Source: Camelus ferus (Eukaryota). From it: a DNA stretch of 64,000 bases. The position numbers and the translations under genes were made by a program. The notes beneath the pieces were generated by a model that was not told the origin of the DNA, ran no database searches, and was given only the letters and a program-made list of their open reading frames with translations. The first letter of the stretch is position 1. Every line of letters starts with the position of its first letter. The stretch is taken from positions 11,472,001 to 11,536,000 of the forward strand of contig NC_045698.1 in NCBI RefSeq assembly GCF_009834535.1. The letters run 5' to 3'. Of the stretch, positions 25,501-39,438 are shown one piece after another.

Positions 25501-26670
25501 CAATCAGGGTACATATCACCGTGGACCTTTCAGCCACCTAAGCAGGAAGATAAATGAAAGCCTTAATTAAGATACAAAGCACTGTGATGGTTTAAATGAG
25601 GCATACCCCGCATGTTGATGGACCCAGGGAGTAGCTCATGAAGAAGACAGTACTTGAGTCAAGCCTAAAGATGATTTTCAAGCAACAGCAATATAAATGC
25701 ACAAGGGAAGAGGAGGCAACTGGGGTAGGAGAGAGTTTAGATCATGCTCCAGGAAACCATGAACAGTCCAGTTTTCTGGAGATTCGGCCACACCAAGGGA
25801 CGTATTAACAGGCAAGTTTGAAAAATTGTGTTGAAGCCCCAACAAAGCCAGCTCTCCTTAGATGGATAGACCAAAGTCTGCTCTGAATTCAGCAGGCAAT
25901 GGGGAAGGCACTGTAATTGATCCAATCAGAATGGATTAGAGTTGGAAAGAGAATAAAAAGTGTGAAACTCATTTTGAGAACATCACACCATTAAATACCT
26001 CTCATAAAGTCACTTGTGACTCATGCAAATAATAATGAAACACATTGCAAAGCCAGCATGCAAGGGTAATACACTTAGTGTGGATGTGCAGAAAAAAAGA
26101 AGAATGTATCTAGCCAGAGTCTTCTACCCCCATGGACTCCCCACTTGATATATATCATGCTTTCCAAATTTATGAATACAAAGGTTTGTCTTTAGCCCTA
26201 TTTCGTATAGCTATCACATCCAAAGTAGAAACCAGGATGCTACCCATATGCAGAGCATAGACACTCACAGAGGAAATCCAGCACCAGCCAGAATCTCACA
26301 GACTAGAACATTTATTCACACGGCAACTACCCATCAGCTACTCATTTCTGGTGGAGCAGAAATAACTCAGCCTCTTTCTCCCCGACCACATTGGAAATCC
26401 TGCTGATTTCAGTGAAAACACGGAGGAGAAAGCATAAGCAATAGGAATCTATAAACCCAGCCGTAAGTTTTGGTAGTAGAGGAGTGCCAGCTAGCAGCTG
26501 GACGGATAGACACATAATGTTCGTGTGCACGAGAGAGAAAAGAAAAAGAAACAGAGATTCTATGTATCAGGCAGCATAAGAGAGAAATGAAATTTATGCG
26601 CTGATTCTAACGGAATTGCCCTTGGGCATAGATATGCAAAAAATCTCTTTATGGTAACATTTAGATTTTT

Positions 26671-28276
26671 TTTTAACATTTTTTATTGATTTATAATCAT
26701 TTTACAATGTTGTGTCAAATTCCAGTGTTCAGCACAATTTTTCAGTTATTCATGGACATATACACACTCATTGTCACATTTTTTTCTCTGTGAGTTATCA
26801 TAACATTTTGTGTATATTTCCCTGTGCTATACAGTGTAGTCTATTCTACAATTTTGAAATCCCAGTCTATCCCTTCCCACCCTCCACCCCCCTGGTAACC
26901 ACAAGTCTGTATTCTCTGTCTGTGAGTCTATTTCCGTCCTTTATTTACGCTTTGTTTTTGTTTGTTTGTTTGTTTTTGTTTTTGTTTTTTAGATTCCACA
27001 TATGAGCGATCTCATATGGTATTTTTCTTTCTCTTTCTGGCTTACTTCACTTAGAATGACATTCTCCAGGAGCATCCATGTTGCTGCAAATGGCATTATG
27101 TTGTAGGTTTTTATGGCTGAGTAGTATTCCATTGTATAAATATACCACATCTTCTTTATCCAGTCACCTGCTGATGGACATTTAGGCTGTTTCCATGTCT
27201 TGGCTATTGTAAATAGTGCTGCTATGAACATTGGGGTGCAGGTGTCATCCTGAAGTAGATTTCCTTCTGGATACAAGCCCAGGAGTGGGATTCCTGGGTC
27301 ATATGGTAAGTCTATTCCTAGTCTTTTGAGGAATCTCCACACTGTTTTCCATAGTGGCTGCACCAAACTGCATTCCCACCAGCAGTGTAGGAGGGTTCCC
27401 CTTTCTCCACAGCCTCTCCAGCATTTGTCATTTGTGGATTTTTGAATGACGGCCATTCTGACTGGTGTGAGGTGATACCTCATTGTAGTTTTGATTTGCA
27501 TTTCTCTGATAATTAGTGATACTGAGCATTTTTTCATGTGCTTTTCGATCATTTGTATGTCTTCCTTGGAGAATTGCTTGTTTAGGTCTTCTGCCCATTT
27601 TTGGATTGGGTTGTTTATTTTTTTCTTCTTGAGTCATATGAGCTGCTTATATATTCTGGAGATCAAGCCTTTGTCGGTTTCACTTGAAAAAATTTTCTCC
27701 CATTCCGTAGGTTTTCTTCTTGTTTTATTTCTGGTTTCCTTTGCTGTGCAGAAGCTTGTAAGTTTCATTAGGTCCCATTTGTTTATTCTTGCTTTTATTT
27801 CTTCTAGGAGAAAATTTTTTAAATGTATGTCAGATAATGTTTTGCCTATGTTTTCCTCTAGGAGGTTTATTGTATCTTGTCTTATGTTTAAGTCTTTAAT
27901 CCATTTTGAGTTGATTTTTGTATATGGTGTAAGGGAGTGTTCTAGCTTCACTGTTTTACATGCTGCTGTCCAGTTTTCCCAACACCATTTGCTGAAGAGA
28001 CTGTCTTTATTCCAATGTATATTCTTGCCTCCTTTGTCAAAGATGAGTTGACCAAAAGTTTGTGGGTTCATTTCTGGGCTCTCTATTCTGTTCCATTGGT
28101 CTATATGTCTGTTTTGGTACCAATACCATGCTGTCTTGATGACTGTAGCTCTATGGTATTGTCTGAAGTCTGGGAGAGTTATTCCTCCAGCCTCTTTCTT
28201 TCTCTTCAGTAATGCTTTGGCAATTCTAGGTCTTTGATGGTTCCATATGAATTTTATTATGATTTTTTCTAGTTCT
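26671..28276 (-). mobile_element. Young 5'-truncated L1 (1.6 kb): ORF2 C-terminal third plus 3' UTR
   Basis: Minus-strand frame [12 protein letters not shown]...[19 protein letters not shown]...KWCWENW...[18 protein letters not shown]...RSLICGI* (28275-26989) with one internal TGA at 27634-36; poly-T and a short GATTTTT duplication at 26664-70 and 28277-83. Confidence 0.97.
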
Positions 28277-31200
28277 GATTTTTAGCCTCAAGCTAAAAAT
28301 GTGTCAGTGGATACAGCTCTCTGCCTGAAATTGTTTTCACAGACACGTGGATAAAAGTCAGTATATAATTCTTGGTTCAGCCAATCTATTAACCCTGCAG
28401 ACGAGCTGAGCTCAGAGCTGTGTTGTGAATCTGTTCAATATCACATGCATTTCTATGGCCACTTCCTCCGTTTATATCCCCTTTCAGCTGGGAAGTCACG
28501 TCATTGCACCTGTTCATCTTCTGCCAAATATGTATTTTTTGGGCACCTATTCCTGTTTCTTACAGGGATTTTATTTGATTTTATTTTTGCCTTCTGTTTT
28601 TTGAAGAGGACAGCTGTTCTTGTTTCTTACAGGGATTTTTTCTGGCCTACCTTTTTGAAGAGGGCTGAATAATTCATAGAGCTTTCAAAACTAAGAATAT
28701 ATGCATATACATGTATTTCTTATGTATATGTTTATGTATATATATACATGCAGAGACAGAAAAGGAAGTCATCGTCACCACATTCCCAAACTCTAAGCAT
28801 AGTCCTTTCTCATACATCTGGCCCTCCACCACCATATCAAGATATGGACTGTACTGTGGAATTGCAAAGAAAGAAGAAGATCTACTTTCCTTGCTGCTCG
28901 GGTTTATTGGGTGTGTTCATGTGGATAAGACATAGATAGACGGACAGACAGACAGACACACACACATATATATAACATACACATAAACATACTGTCAATC
29001 ATAACAGTATTTTTAACTTTAAATGTTCTGAAATACTGTTCTGTTTCAAGGGTTCTGCTGATTGAAATGATAATGTGGAAGATCATTTACACAGGAAAGG
29101 AGTTGTAGTTGAGATAAACAGATTTGAAAAAGCAACCTTTTATAAGCTTAGAATTTTGGTCTGCATGACTTGAGAAAATAATCCAAGAAACAAAAAAATA
29201 CAAAAATGCTGGCTTTGCTCCATCAATTCTTCAGACACAGGGACCAGGCGTATCAATGTATTAGACAAGCCTGAAAGGGTCATGCCGTGCAGTCTGGCCC
29301 AATCAGGAACTATTCAGAGGCCTGGAAGAGAAACCTGAATTTAAAAAATCAGCAAAGGATTGAGAGAAAGAGAAAAATAGAAAAAACTCATAAGGGTCTC
29401 CATGCAAATGGAATTGGTGAGCAACGGAGCTTTTAGTGGGCTTACTTTAAGAATGTTGATGGTAATGATCGTCATTACAAGAAAAGAATTTTAATGCTAT
29501 TTTAAAGATACTTTTAAGTATCTTCAGGGTCTTTCATGTAGACATTTTCCCCTGTTACTGAACATTATAGAAAAAGAAAGAAAGTATGATATGTGAATTC
29601 AAGAGCTACTTTTCACTGGGGATGGAAGGATTAAGTGGCTATTAGGAGAACTAACTGTGTGGGGTGCTCCTTGGGGGAACCTCGTGTCATCTGTGCCCAC
29701 AAGAATATAATCAGATCATTCACACTAAGAAATAAATGTGTTTTGCATTCACCTGTTCCAGAGATTTCCTCATTTTAACCTGAAGTCACAGGACGGCATC
29801 TCTAAGACAAAACTCTATTATTGGAGGGAGAAAAGGGAAGTCATCCTCTTCCCGTCCCTAACCTGTAAGCAGAATCCTTTCTCTTACAGCTGCTCCTGCA
29901 CCACCACATTAAGATCTGTACTGGAGAACTGCAAAGAAAGAAGAAAATGTGTTTCTACTTTTCTTAGTGCTCTGGTCTTTAAGGTCTGTTCATGGTGCTA
30001 CCAGCAAAGCCAGTCCTGATAAAGAAGGACGACAGGTGGGATACTGAGCAAGAGAATCACTTCCGTTGGGTGGGATTTTTTTTTCACCTTCTAAGTGAAT
30101 TACTTGATAATTTCCAGAGAACCATTATTATGGATTCCCTATTGGAGTCAAAGCAACATATGAAAGTAAATCAGATGTATAAACTTAGAATCTTTCAAGC
30201 AAACATTGGAGTGCACCATGCATATTGCCAATCAAATAACAAATGAATCAATAAAACTGAATCCTCTGATTGTAGAAATTAAAGCAGTATGGACTGAAAG
30301 TAAACAATTCGGTTCAAAAAGGAGAAAATCATTATTACTATAACTTCTGATAATATTTATCAGTGTATGTCTCATTGGCCCAATTAGTAGACTTCCAGTT
30401 TTCCTTAGAACAATTCTACTTCACAATCTGAAGGTAAAGTAGGGGAATAACTTGTGAAAAAGGCTTAATTCAGATTGACTCTTTGGAAGGTAGAGTACTC
30501 TGGATTCTTATTGAAACCTAAGTTGTTCTAAAGACTATCAAATAGAAACCTACTTAAAACTACTTAACTTCAAAAACGAAATGAGAAATAGATTGCTTAG
30601 TTGCCAATCCAGAAACAGATTCTTCATTGGCTACCCCGGTTTCTAAAGGCCATATACTTTTACCGCCTCAGTTCACTGAATGACGAATGCCCAAAGCCCC
30701 AAATATTTCTTCTCTTATTGTATTTTTTTAATTAATGAGTCATTTCTTATGACTTCCCCATAAGATTTTTCTTGAGTGAACCACAGAACATTAGAGCAAG
30801 CAAGAATCTGAAAAAGCCAGAGCTAGATTATATCACTAAACTTCACACAGCGCACTGCCCTTTTTAAGTACAACCACGGCGTAGATAGGTCTCCCATCTC
30901 TAGAAGGACTTTTTAAACATACTCAGCACAATGTACTGAATACTCAGCCCAGAATGCAAATGATTGTCTTTGCATTCTTAATGACTTTTAAGCTGGGTGT
31001 GATTGCCACGTCTTGCTGTATATTGTACAGGTTTATTTTTGCAGGTTAACATCATTCACTTCAGAATGAAAGTGCATAGGGGATTTAGTGGCATTCTTCA
31101 ACAGTTAACTTGCTTTGTGCAGAACGTCAAAGGTGATGCAATTATAAGATGACCAGAAAAGTGCGCTTAATTAGAATTCAAAAGCCTTTGATTCCAGTCA

Positions 31201-32782
31201 CTCTGCTTCTCTTTCCTTATCCAGTTTTCCAAAAAGGGAGCGTCCCATGCAGCTGCCTCTCATCTTGTCACTCCAAGTCTTCGCTCCGTGACTACAGAGT
31301 ACACAGTGACAGTTTTATACTGGTTGTCTTGCTTTCACATGGCTGTGCCTTTTCCCCTTACAGCATATGTTTAATATTTATGATGGAGCAGGATGTTTAA
31401 AGTTGTGGCGTTACTGGTTTGTTTTCCTTAGAAGGCACAGACGCCCCGGCTTGCGGAGTCCCAGAGCGCTCAACGTCCTCGCAGCACAAAGTGCCCGAAG
31501 TTGCCTCCATGTTTACGTAGTTATGATTATCTAAATGGTCTAATGTTTTGAGTCAGCGTGTTTTTGCTCTTTGCAGCCATTATGTTGATTGAAGGAAGAC
31601 GACTGAACAATATACAAGGAAGAATTTGATGCTTTGATTAAAAGAAAAAAGTGTCCAGATGACTTGAGGAAACTGGTCCAACTCGGTTTCCCACGTGAAA
31701 TATACTTCCATCTGTTCTTATAATCCCAAAGTATGGCTTAAGTAGTGATACTGGTATTCACAGTTCGCCCCTGATTGAGCAGCGAGCTTACCCTTTAGGA
31801 GAGAACCTGCTAGCTTTCTTTTTAGGGCCCCACAGAGGTTTCCAGTTGGCTTGTACAACCCAAGAGGCAGTGGCACAATACAGGCCTTTCACCAAGTCCC
31901 CTAGATTGGGAGAAGTCATGGAGCTGTCCTCAGACATCCAACACCACGTTGCCACTGTCAGTCCTGCGGGGCTGATTCAGTTCTTGCCCCTGTGGTTTCT
32001 AGGTGAGCACGGCATAGCCTCTCATCGGAGGTGCTGTGATGTTGATGATGAAGGTTTCAAATGGTGGGTCTAGGTGATCAGAGCAGAACAAGCCCTGAAG
32101 GAATGAATAGTGACTTGCCCGCTGAATGTCTACGTCAAGAGCATGTCAGCAAAAGTGCTGGGTGAGAAAGACAGTGGTCACCACTCTGACGACCTCTGGG
32201 TTCCTTGCAGGAAATGCAGCAGGTTGAAGGCCCGGCAAGCCAAATGAGTACATGGAGGAGTAAAGGCCATTTCAAAGTTAATGTTCAACTCAAGGTACAA
32301 CATTTCAGGAATAAAAGAGGGGGGGAAATGGGAGCCATCCGAGACAGGAAAATTTTCTTAAAAGATCTGATTCTCACTTCTTTAGGTAAAGGATTCTGGC
32401 AAATGGTGCCTACCTAGAGGTCAGTTCCCATCTCCCACCATAGCCTTCCCAGTATTGTACCCACTGGGTGCAGACTGTTGAATGCAGGAGTTGGGAGGAG
32501 GTGGTTTAGATGTAAACACCACAAAATCTGATTAGGGCTCTCCTTGCCCTTTGATATTCTGGGGCACTTCCCTCCAGGAAGATCAACATGTTCTTAGTTG
32601 CCATGGTTTTATCTTTTTATGGTCTCTGGTCTCTGTGCACATGAAAACAGACTCTTTCTGAGTAGCAACGATTTCTCCTTCCTTCATGTAAAAATAGGCA
32701 GGGGGTAGAAAAATCCAGAATTTATTTAGACATTTGACTTTTTTTAAAACATAATTTTAATTCTTAATTTTGAAAAATAAAG

Positions 32783-33000
32783 TGGGAGTTCTGGATTTGC
32801 AGATACTAATTCCTATACATAAAATAGATAAACAGCAAGGTCCTACTGTATTGCCCAGGGAACTGTATTTAATACCTTGTAATAGCCTTTAATGAAAAAG
32901 AATATGAAAAATTATATATAAATAAAATTGAATCACTATGCTGTACACCAGAAATTAATACAACATTGTAAGCCAACTATACTTCAATTTAAAAAAAATT
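32783..33000 (+). mobile_element. L1 3' UTR fragment
   Basis: GGGAGTTCTGGATTTGCAGATAC...AAATAGATAAACAGCAAGGTCCTACTGTA...CTATACTTCAATTTAAAAAAAA, matching the 20151 copy. Confidence 0.88.
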
Positions 33001-35789
33001 TTTAAAGAAACATTAATAGATATTTTTGTGGAATCTCTTTTAAAGGAGATTATAAAACTCTGCAGTATAGCAACTGCCTTAGTGTTTGTTTGTTTGTTTT
33101 TCTCTCTCTCTCTCTCTACTTCTCATGCAACTCAAATTTTTAAAAACAGATTGGAGGTCAGAGTGCCACTAATTCATTCCAAGAAGACCAGCACATGGGG
33201 CAAGAGAATGTATACTCATATCTGTTCTACTTTCACAGTCTAGGGATCGGAACCTTGGACAACAGCTTTCTCTTTATGTAGCTTTTGGAAACTACACTTC
33301 TACAGCCCCTAGAAAGAGAAGGGAAGAACTGGAGAAATAATGGTTATTTTAGGGACCTAAGGTTAAGGTTGACATTGCAAAATACAGCACCCTTATCATA
33401 TCCTATGGTAGCTGCTACATTTCAAGGTATGTTAGTACCTCTGAATCTTCATAGATATAGCTTTCAATTGTGCTTATAATTTTAAGTTTCTTCAGTAAAA
33501 AGTCAAAAGACTACTTCGAGCATTATGTTTCTTGGCTGCTCTAATTTAAGATGTATTCTTGTCTTTTGACATACTTCTAAGCTTTGAGCCAGATTTGTTC
33601 ATACTAGGTTATCTGATAGTCAGATGTGAATTACAACAGACCCTTTCTGACATTTTGTGTACTTATTCGCAGTGAAAACATACAAAACTTATAACCCTGA
33701 TGTGACTACACAATGCTCTTTGTTCCCTACTTTGATTACGTAGCAATGCCAAACTCTAAAGAGGGATAAATTATAAACCCTTTGTGGATTTTGTGGCAAA
33801 AACAGAGGCTCTTTGCAATGATTAAGTATTAGATAGATTATGGTTGTGATGGGTTGCTTCTAATTTTATTTCGGTCTTTACACAATTTAAATCATAAGAA
33901 GGAAAACTATTCCAGGATAAAGAAGAGCTTTGGTCAAAGCTCAAAATGAGTTCCAGGAGTGTAAGATACAAAAAAAGAAAGAGTTATGTTAATAACCACA
34001 CATTTGATATCTTGCACATTAATCTTGGTCAACATGTTCCTAAATTTTTCCTTAAGAAAACAAAATCTCTATTTCATAACTATTTGACTGTATTTATATG
34101 GGTTATATTTTTATAATGAAGAAAAGTGTGTACTTTACTTTACTTTGCTTTACTGGCCAAGGAATATTATTAAAAGTACAAATACCTGACCATTTCTTTG
34201 TGATATACTTCAGTGTCATAATAGTGGATCACTGAATAGTCAGCTTTTTATCAGTCTCTCGATATGGCTGAAAAAGCCAAAATGGACCATCTTACAAGAT
34301 GCTGTTTTAATCATCTTTTTATTTCCCTGATCTATGAAGCAAATGAAGCAATCTTTTAGCTATAAACTATGCATTGTTTGTTCAAAATAACCTGAAATTA
34401 ACTCTAAAATAATAAAACATTAAAATTTCTCAAAATCTAAGACTAAGGTGCCATGTTTAATTCATTGTCCTTTTTTAAACCATTTTAAGAGATTTGATCT
34501 TCTTCTTAACCTAAAGGGACTAACCGATTGCTTGGAAGCCAACCTGCACATAATCTGGCCCAGAACAGGGAATTTTTTTAAGGCACTCCATACTGAATGA
34601 GCCAGAACAATTCCTACCTCGAGGCTTCTATCTGCTCAACCTCTGAAGAATAAATCGGAATGTTCTTTGCTTTTATTAATTTAATAGAGAGAGACTTTAA
34701 AACCAAATGAATATATGTCACAACAAAAAATCTTGAGGAAAACCCAAGCCACCAGGCTGGAATATAATGTCAAAGTGCTAACATTTGCTGGGAAAAAATT
34801 AAGTATTTTTAAGTTCAGATCTAAAGTAATGAGAATAAGCAGAGTGGCCCAGCCATGAGAACCTTGGGGACATCTCAGTTTGGGTTGGGGGCAAGCACAG
34901 GGAACAATCAGAGAGCGGGATGGAGGGGATAAATCTTGAGTTACCTCCCAGTCCACGCGTGTCCCCACCCGCACCCTGACCCATGTCACAAGGTCAAACC
35001 ATGGCCTCCTGGGGGAAATAAAACTGTAACCTACTGAATATGAAATATCGATATAAATGATGAACCAGAATCTACCATCCTGTTTGCTTTATGACTAAGT
35101 AGAAGTCTTAAATTTTGGTTAAAAGGAAACTAAAAGTACACGTTGTCCAGAAAAGCTATATTAAATTGAGATCATCTCCAACATATCAAATGTATATTCC
35201 CTCAGCGACTGGTTCCCAATCCTTCTCCAAAGCATTTTTTTTTAATGGTCTTGAGATTAAGTGAAAGCTTTCGGCACTGATTAATGCCACGTGTTATAAT
35301 TAGGAACTTACTTTTAGATTTGTTTTTTTCAATCTTTATCCATATGCTAAGAGATAGATCCAATACGTATACACTTCTAGATATCTTCCTAAGAGAAATA
35401 TGACCCAGAAATTATGGACTGATTGAGATATGGGTGAACTGGAAAGTTAATGAAAGGTTCTAATTCTCCAGAAGAATATTATGCAGTTGGTGTGGAAGGA
35501 TTTCCCACAAGCATTTCAATTTGCTTGAATTCTACTCTGCAGCTGAATGTCTTTAAGATTATTATTAATTTTCCTTGGAAACGAGGACTTCCTAAAATAA
35601 GTATGAATTAATAATATAGTCCAGAATGAGCCAGCACGTTAAAGTCTTGTCCCCAAAATCCAGGGACCCATTGAAAAGTCGGTCTTTGGGCTGAGTATTG
35701 ATTGGGTCTGTTCTTTGGAAGGCATGGCCCTCGGGTCTCTCAAGCAGAGATTGTGAACTTGGACTGTAGTAGAAACTCACCATGCAAAT

Positions 35790-36307
35790 TGTTGACTGAA
35801 ATAAATGCACAGCCTAAAAGTTGACAGTTACGTTTCTTTTGGCGGACATCTCTGAGGACTTGAACCCCTTCGAGCCCCAGATGACAGCCTCTCAGATCTC
35901 TCTGAGGGACTGCTCCGAAGAGGTAGGGGAGGAGCTAGGTTATATAGGAGCTTTACAACAAAGACCATGTAGTTGGAACATTAAAAGATTACTTGTTTAA
36001 AAAAAAAAATTACTTGTTAACTGTAGAAAACCAGGCATCTCAAGTTAAAGAATTTAGTGCTTTTCTGTGTATGGGAGGAAGCAAACATTTGGGCTCATTG
36101 AATTCATTCCTTTGACAAGCACCTAGCCATCTAGGGCCAGTATCCTGTCCTTTCTTATTCTGAGTCCCCTCAGGGTTCACCATTGTGAGTGGCTGCAGGG
36201 GCCGGGCTGCAGGCCTCTCTTTACTGGGGGCTGCGGCAGCTGCTGAGGACTTGATGGCTTCAGCATTCTTTGGTTACTGATATGGTTTGCAGTATTTTTC
36301 ATTCACA
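35790..36307 (-). mobile_element. ERV1-class solo LTR (518 bp)
   Basis: TGTTGACTGAAA...TTTTCATTCACA termini, near-identical 4-bp flanks AAAT/AGAT, minus-strand TATATAA at ~35940-46; resembles cetartiodactyl ERV1 LTRs from memory. Confidence 0.75.
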
Positions 36308-37036
36308 AGATGTATCCCAGGTCACCTTAAGGTGTCCATCCACTCACCAGGCAGCAAAGAGACCTTCAGTGGTAAATAAAACAATATTTAAATGCACTAA
36401 GTTCCTTTATTGTTCCCTTTTCTATTCGGTAATACAGAGAGAAACAGTGTTTCTGTGCATCATTGGGTCATTGGTTTTCCCAGCCTATGATCGTTTAAAA
36501 TGATAATTGGGACGTTGTATTTATGAGTTAATATTAGATAGTACTTAAAACAGTGTCTTGTACATAATAAATGCTTTATATATTTTTTTAAATTAAAAGA
36601 AATTGTAAAGAATTTAAACAAGGGTAGATCATATTTTCAAATGGCTGAGGGAATTCAGGGATTTGCTTTGCTTTGGAAACATTCTAATTAATTTTTGATA
36701 TTCTACATGTTCATAAGTTCACTGGCGATTTCTCTCTTGGGAGTTGAGTTTGTGAGCTAGACTATCGCTCCCTGTGGGACCTGTTTCCTGCTGTGAACTG
36801 AAAATTTACATCTCTCCTTACCAGAAGCTAAATTCAATACTATAGCATCTACGGCATTTTGAAAGATGCAGACGTTGGCATTTCGTAACTATTCATGGAG
36901 AAATAAGGCAAAAGCACTACCTGACAATTGAAGACAGAAAACAATTAAGGCTGCCATCCAAAGTGCAATTGGCAGGTTGAAAATTATGGACTGCGAGCCT
37001 TTTCATGAAAACCCGTGTGTTTTCTTCTCTTGACAA

Positions 37037-37198
37037 AGCTTTGCAAAGCCATCCATGAGCTCCTTTCCCGAGCTTTGCAAAGCCATTCATGAGCTCCTTT
37101 CCCGAGCTTTGCAAAGCCATCCATGAGCTCCTTTCCCGAGCTTTGCAAAGCCATCCATGAGCTCCTTTCCCGAGCTTTGCAAAGCCATCCATGAGCTC
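37037..37198. repeat. Minisatellite, 34-bp unit x 4.8
   Basis: AGCTTTGCAAAGCCATCCATGAGCTCCTTTCCCG starting at 37037, 37071, 37105, 37139 and 37173 (partial); a single substitution in copy 2. Confidence 0.98.
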
Positions 37199-37725
37199 GC
37201 TGGAGAGGAGCAAATAAGCGTTGCTGCCTGTCCCCTTCTGTCAGGGAAAAGCCAGCTCTGATGGTTACAACTGATGTGTTCTGGGAAAAAAGGAAAAACA
37301 CAAACGCTCCTGTTCCACTTTAGATAACTTAAGTTAGACAGAGCAAGTCTTAAAATTGTGGGGCAGTGTAGAAATGTTTATCTTTTTGTGAATTTTTCAT
37401 TGTGAGTTTTCATATTTCATTGTTATTGGAAGTGAGCAGGGATGTCTGATCTGCACCAGCAGGTATCATGAACAAAGCACCAAGAATCCAGCTCCGAGAT
37501 ACTTCAGGCGGTGTCAGCTGCAAGAGATTGTTTTTCTGTGTGCGTGTGTCTTTTTAAACATCTTCGGAGTAGAGTAACATTATTAATCTAAGTGTGTGTA
37601 CTGCCTCAGCCTAAATTAAGTGGAGGGGCAAATGAAAAAAAAAAAAAAGACCTAAAAATGAAATGTTGATAAAGCACAGAGCTGTTCCAGCTTGTTCAAT
37701 CTGAAACATCTGGTGGCTCCAAGTG

Positions 37726-38198
37726 CAAGCGGTCCCCGACTTACGATTTTTCAATGTTACGATGGTGGGAAAGCGATACGCAGATTTTAAATTTTGACTT
37801 TTCCCAGGCTATCGAGATGCAGTGCCATACTGACTCGTGATGCTGGCAGCAGCAGGGCCTTCAGATCCCAGTTACCCACACGATCGTGAGGGGAAACAGC
37901 CAATAACGCTTTACAGCCATTCTGTACCCAGACAACAGTTCTGTTTTCCACTTTCAGTACAATAGTCAGTACATTACATGAGATTTTCAACACTTTATTA
38001 CAAGATACGCTCTGTGTTAGATGGTGCTGCCCACCTGTAGGCTTATGCAAGTGTTCCGAGCACGTTTAAGGTTGGCTGGGCTAAGTTATGATGTTCAGCA
38101 GGTTAGGGGTATTATTAAATGCAATTTCAACTTAAGATATTTTCAACTTGAGATGGGTTTATCCAGATGTAACCCCTTCATAAGTCAAGGAAGATCTA
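37726..38198 (-). mobile_element. Tigger5/MER47-like TcMar DNA transposon
   Basis: Imperfect TIRs CAAGCGGTCCCCGACTTACGA and TCATAAGTCAAGGAAGATCTA followed by TA; the interior on the minus strand matches the recalled GGGGTTACATC..GATAAACCCATC..AAGTTGAAAATATC. Confidence 0.8.
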
Positions 38199-38729
38199 TA
38201 GTTCTTATAAATACTGCCAACTACAACCAAAAGAAAACTGAAAGGGATTAATTGTGGGACCCGGCAAAGAACATTACCTTTGTGCATTAGGTGAACAGTT
38301 TCTAGGTGGCCAAATCCAGGTGAGGTTCTGGACTGACTTAAGAAAGGAAGGAAACAGCTCCTGGCCTCAAGGTGCTCCCAGTCCAATGGGTGGAGAGACA
38401 CTATGTGAAAAGGGCTGTGGTACAGATATATAAGATTACAATGGAAACACACTAAAAGTCGTTAAATAATTCAGCCTGGGTGGACCTGGAAAGGCTTGAC
38501 AGAGAAAGGGACATCTTACCAGGGACTTGAGCACTGACTGGGAATCTACCAGTTAGGCTGGAGGAAAAGAACTTCTGAGGCAGGAGAGCAACATGGACAC
38601 ATGCTCTCAGATGTGAATGGGGGGGGGGGTCCCCTACACACTCTAAAAAAAATTAGACTTTGTTACCTAGGCAGTGCCTAACACAATGCCTGGCATGTAG
38701 TAAACGTTCAGCAAAAAGTGTGGAAGGAA

Positions 38730-39158
38730 GTATTTTGGTTTCTGGGGCTGCCTTTCAAAGTACACAAACCAGGTGACTTAACAGAATTTATCCCACAGTT
38801 CTGGAGGCTAGAAGTCCAAAAGTCAAGGTGCTGGCAGGGACATGGAGAAGGATCCTTTCTTGCCTCTTTCAGCTCTTCGTGACCCCAGGTGTTCCATGGT
38901 TTATAGCAGCGTAAGCTCAACTTCTGTCTCCATCCTTGCACTGCCGTCTTACCTCTGTGTCTTCTCTCCCTGTGTCTCTGTTTTCTCCTCTTATAAGAAC
39001 ACCAGTTATACCGGATCAGGAACCACCCTAATTAAGTATGACCACATCTTAACTTGATTACGTCTTCAAAAACCTTACTTCCAAATAAGGTCACACTCAC
39101 AGGTACCAGGAATTAAGACTCCAACATAACTTTGTGGGGGCACAGTTCACCCCACAAC
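38730..39158 (-). mobile_element. MaLR LTR (MLT1B/C-like)
   Basis: CACAGTTCTGGAGGCTAGAAGTCCAAAAGTCAAGGTG...CTCTTATAAGAACACCAGT...TTCCAAATAAGGTCACA...CACAGTTCACCCCACAACA. Confidence 0.85.
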
Positions 39159-39438
39159 AAAAGGTATGAGCCATTCAAGATTTTGGTGCAGGGGAACTGG
39201 ACCATATTTTAGAAAGCTAGCTCTAAATGCAGTGCCAAGGCTCTGTTTGAGTGAATGATGGAGAATTGGAAGGAAGAACAGAATAAGGAGTATCAGTTAA
39301 GGAGTTGTTGAGAGAGTACAGAGATGATGAAAATGTGAACTGGGGTGGTAGTCATGGAGACAGAGAAAGGGAGGGCAACATTAGCTCCGTAAGCTAATCA
39401 AATCTGAGGGACTTGGCAACTGATTAGATATAGGTGGG

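Noticed and set aside
27491..28051. 186-aa hydrophobic plus-strand ORF
   Set aside because: Antisense translation of the A-rich L1 ORF2; the same applies to 3121-3429 and 26712-27005.
37037..37198. CRISPR-like array (34-bp palindromic repeats)
   Set aside because: Units are directly adjacent with no unique spacers, there are no cas genes and the context is a mammalian intron; it is a minisatellite. The ORFs at 36917-37301 only translate the repeat.
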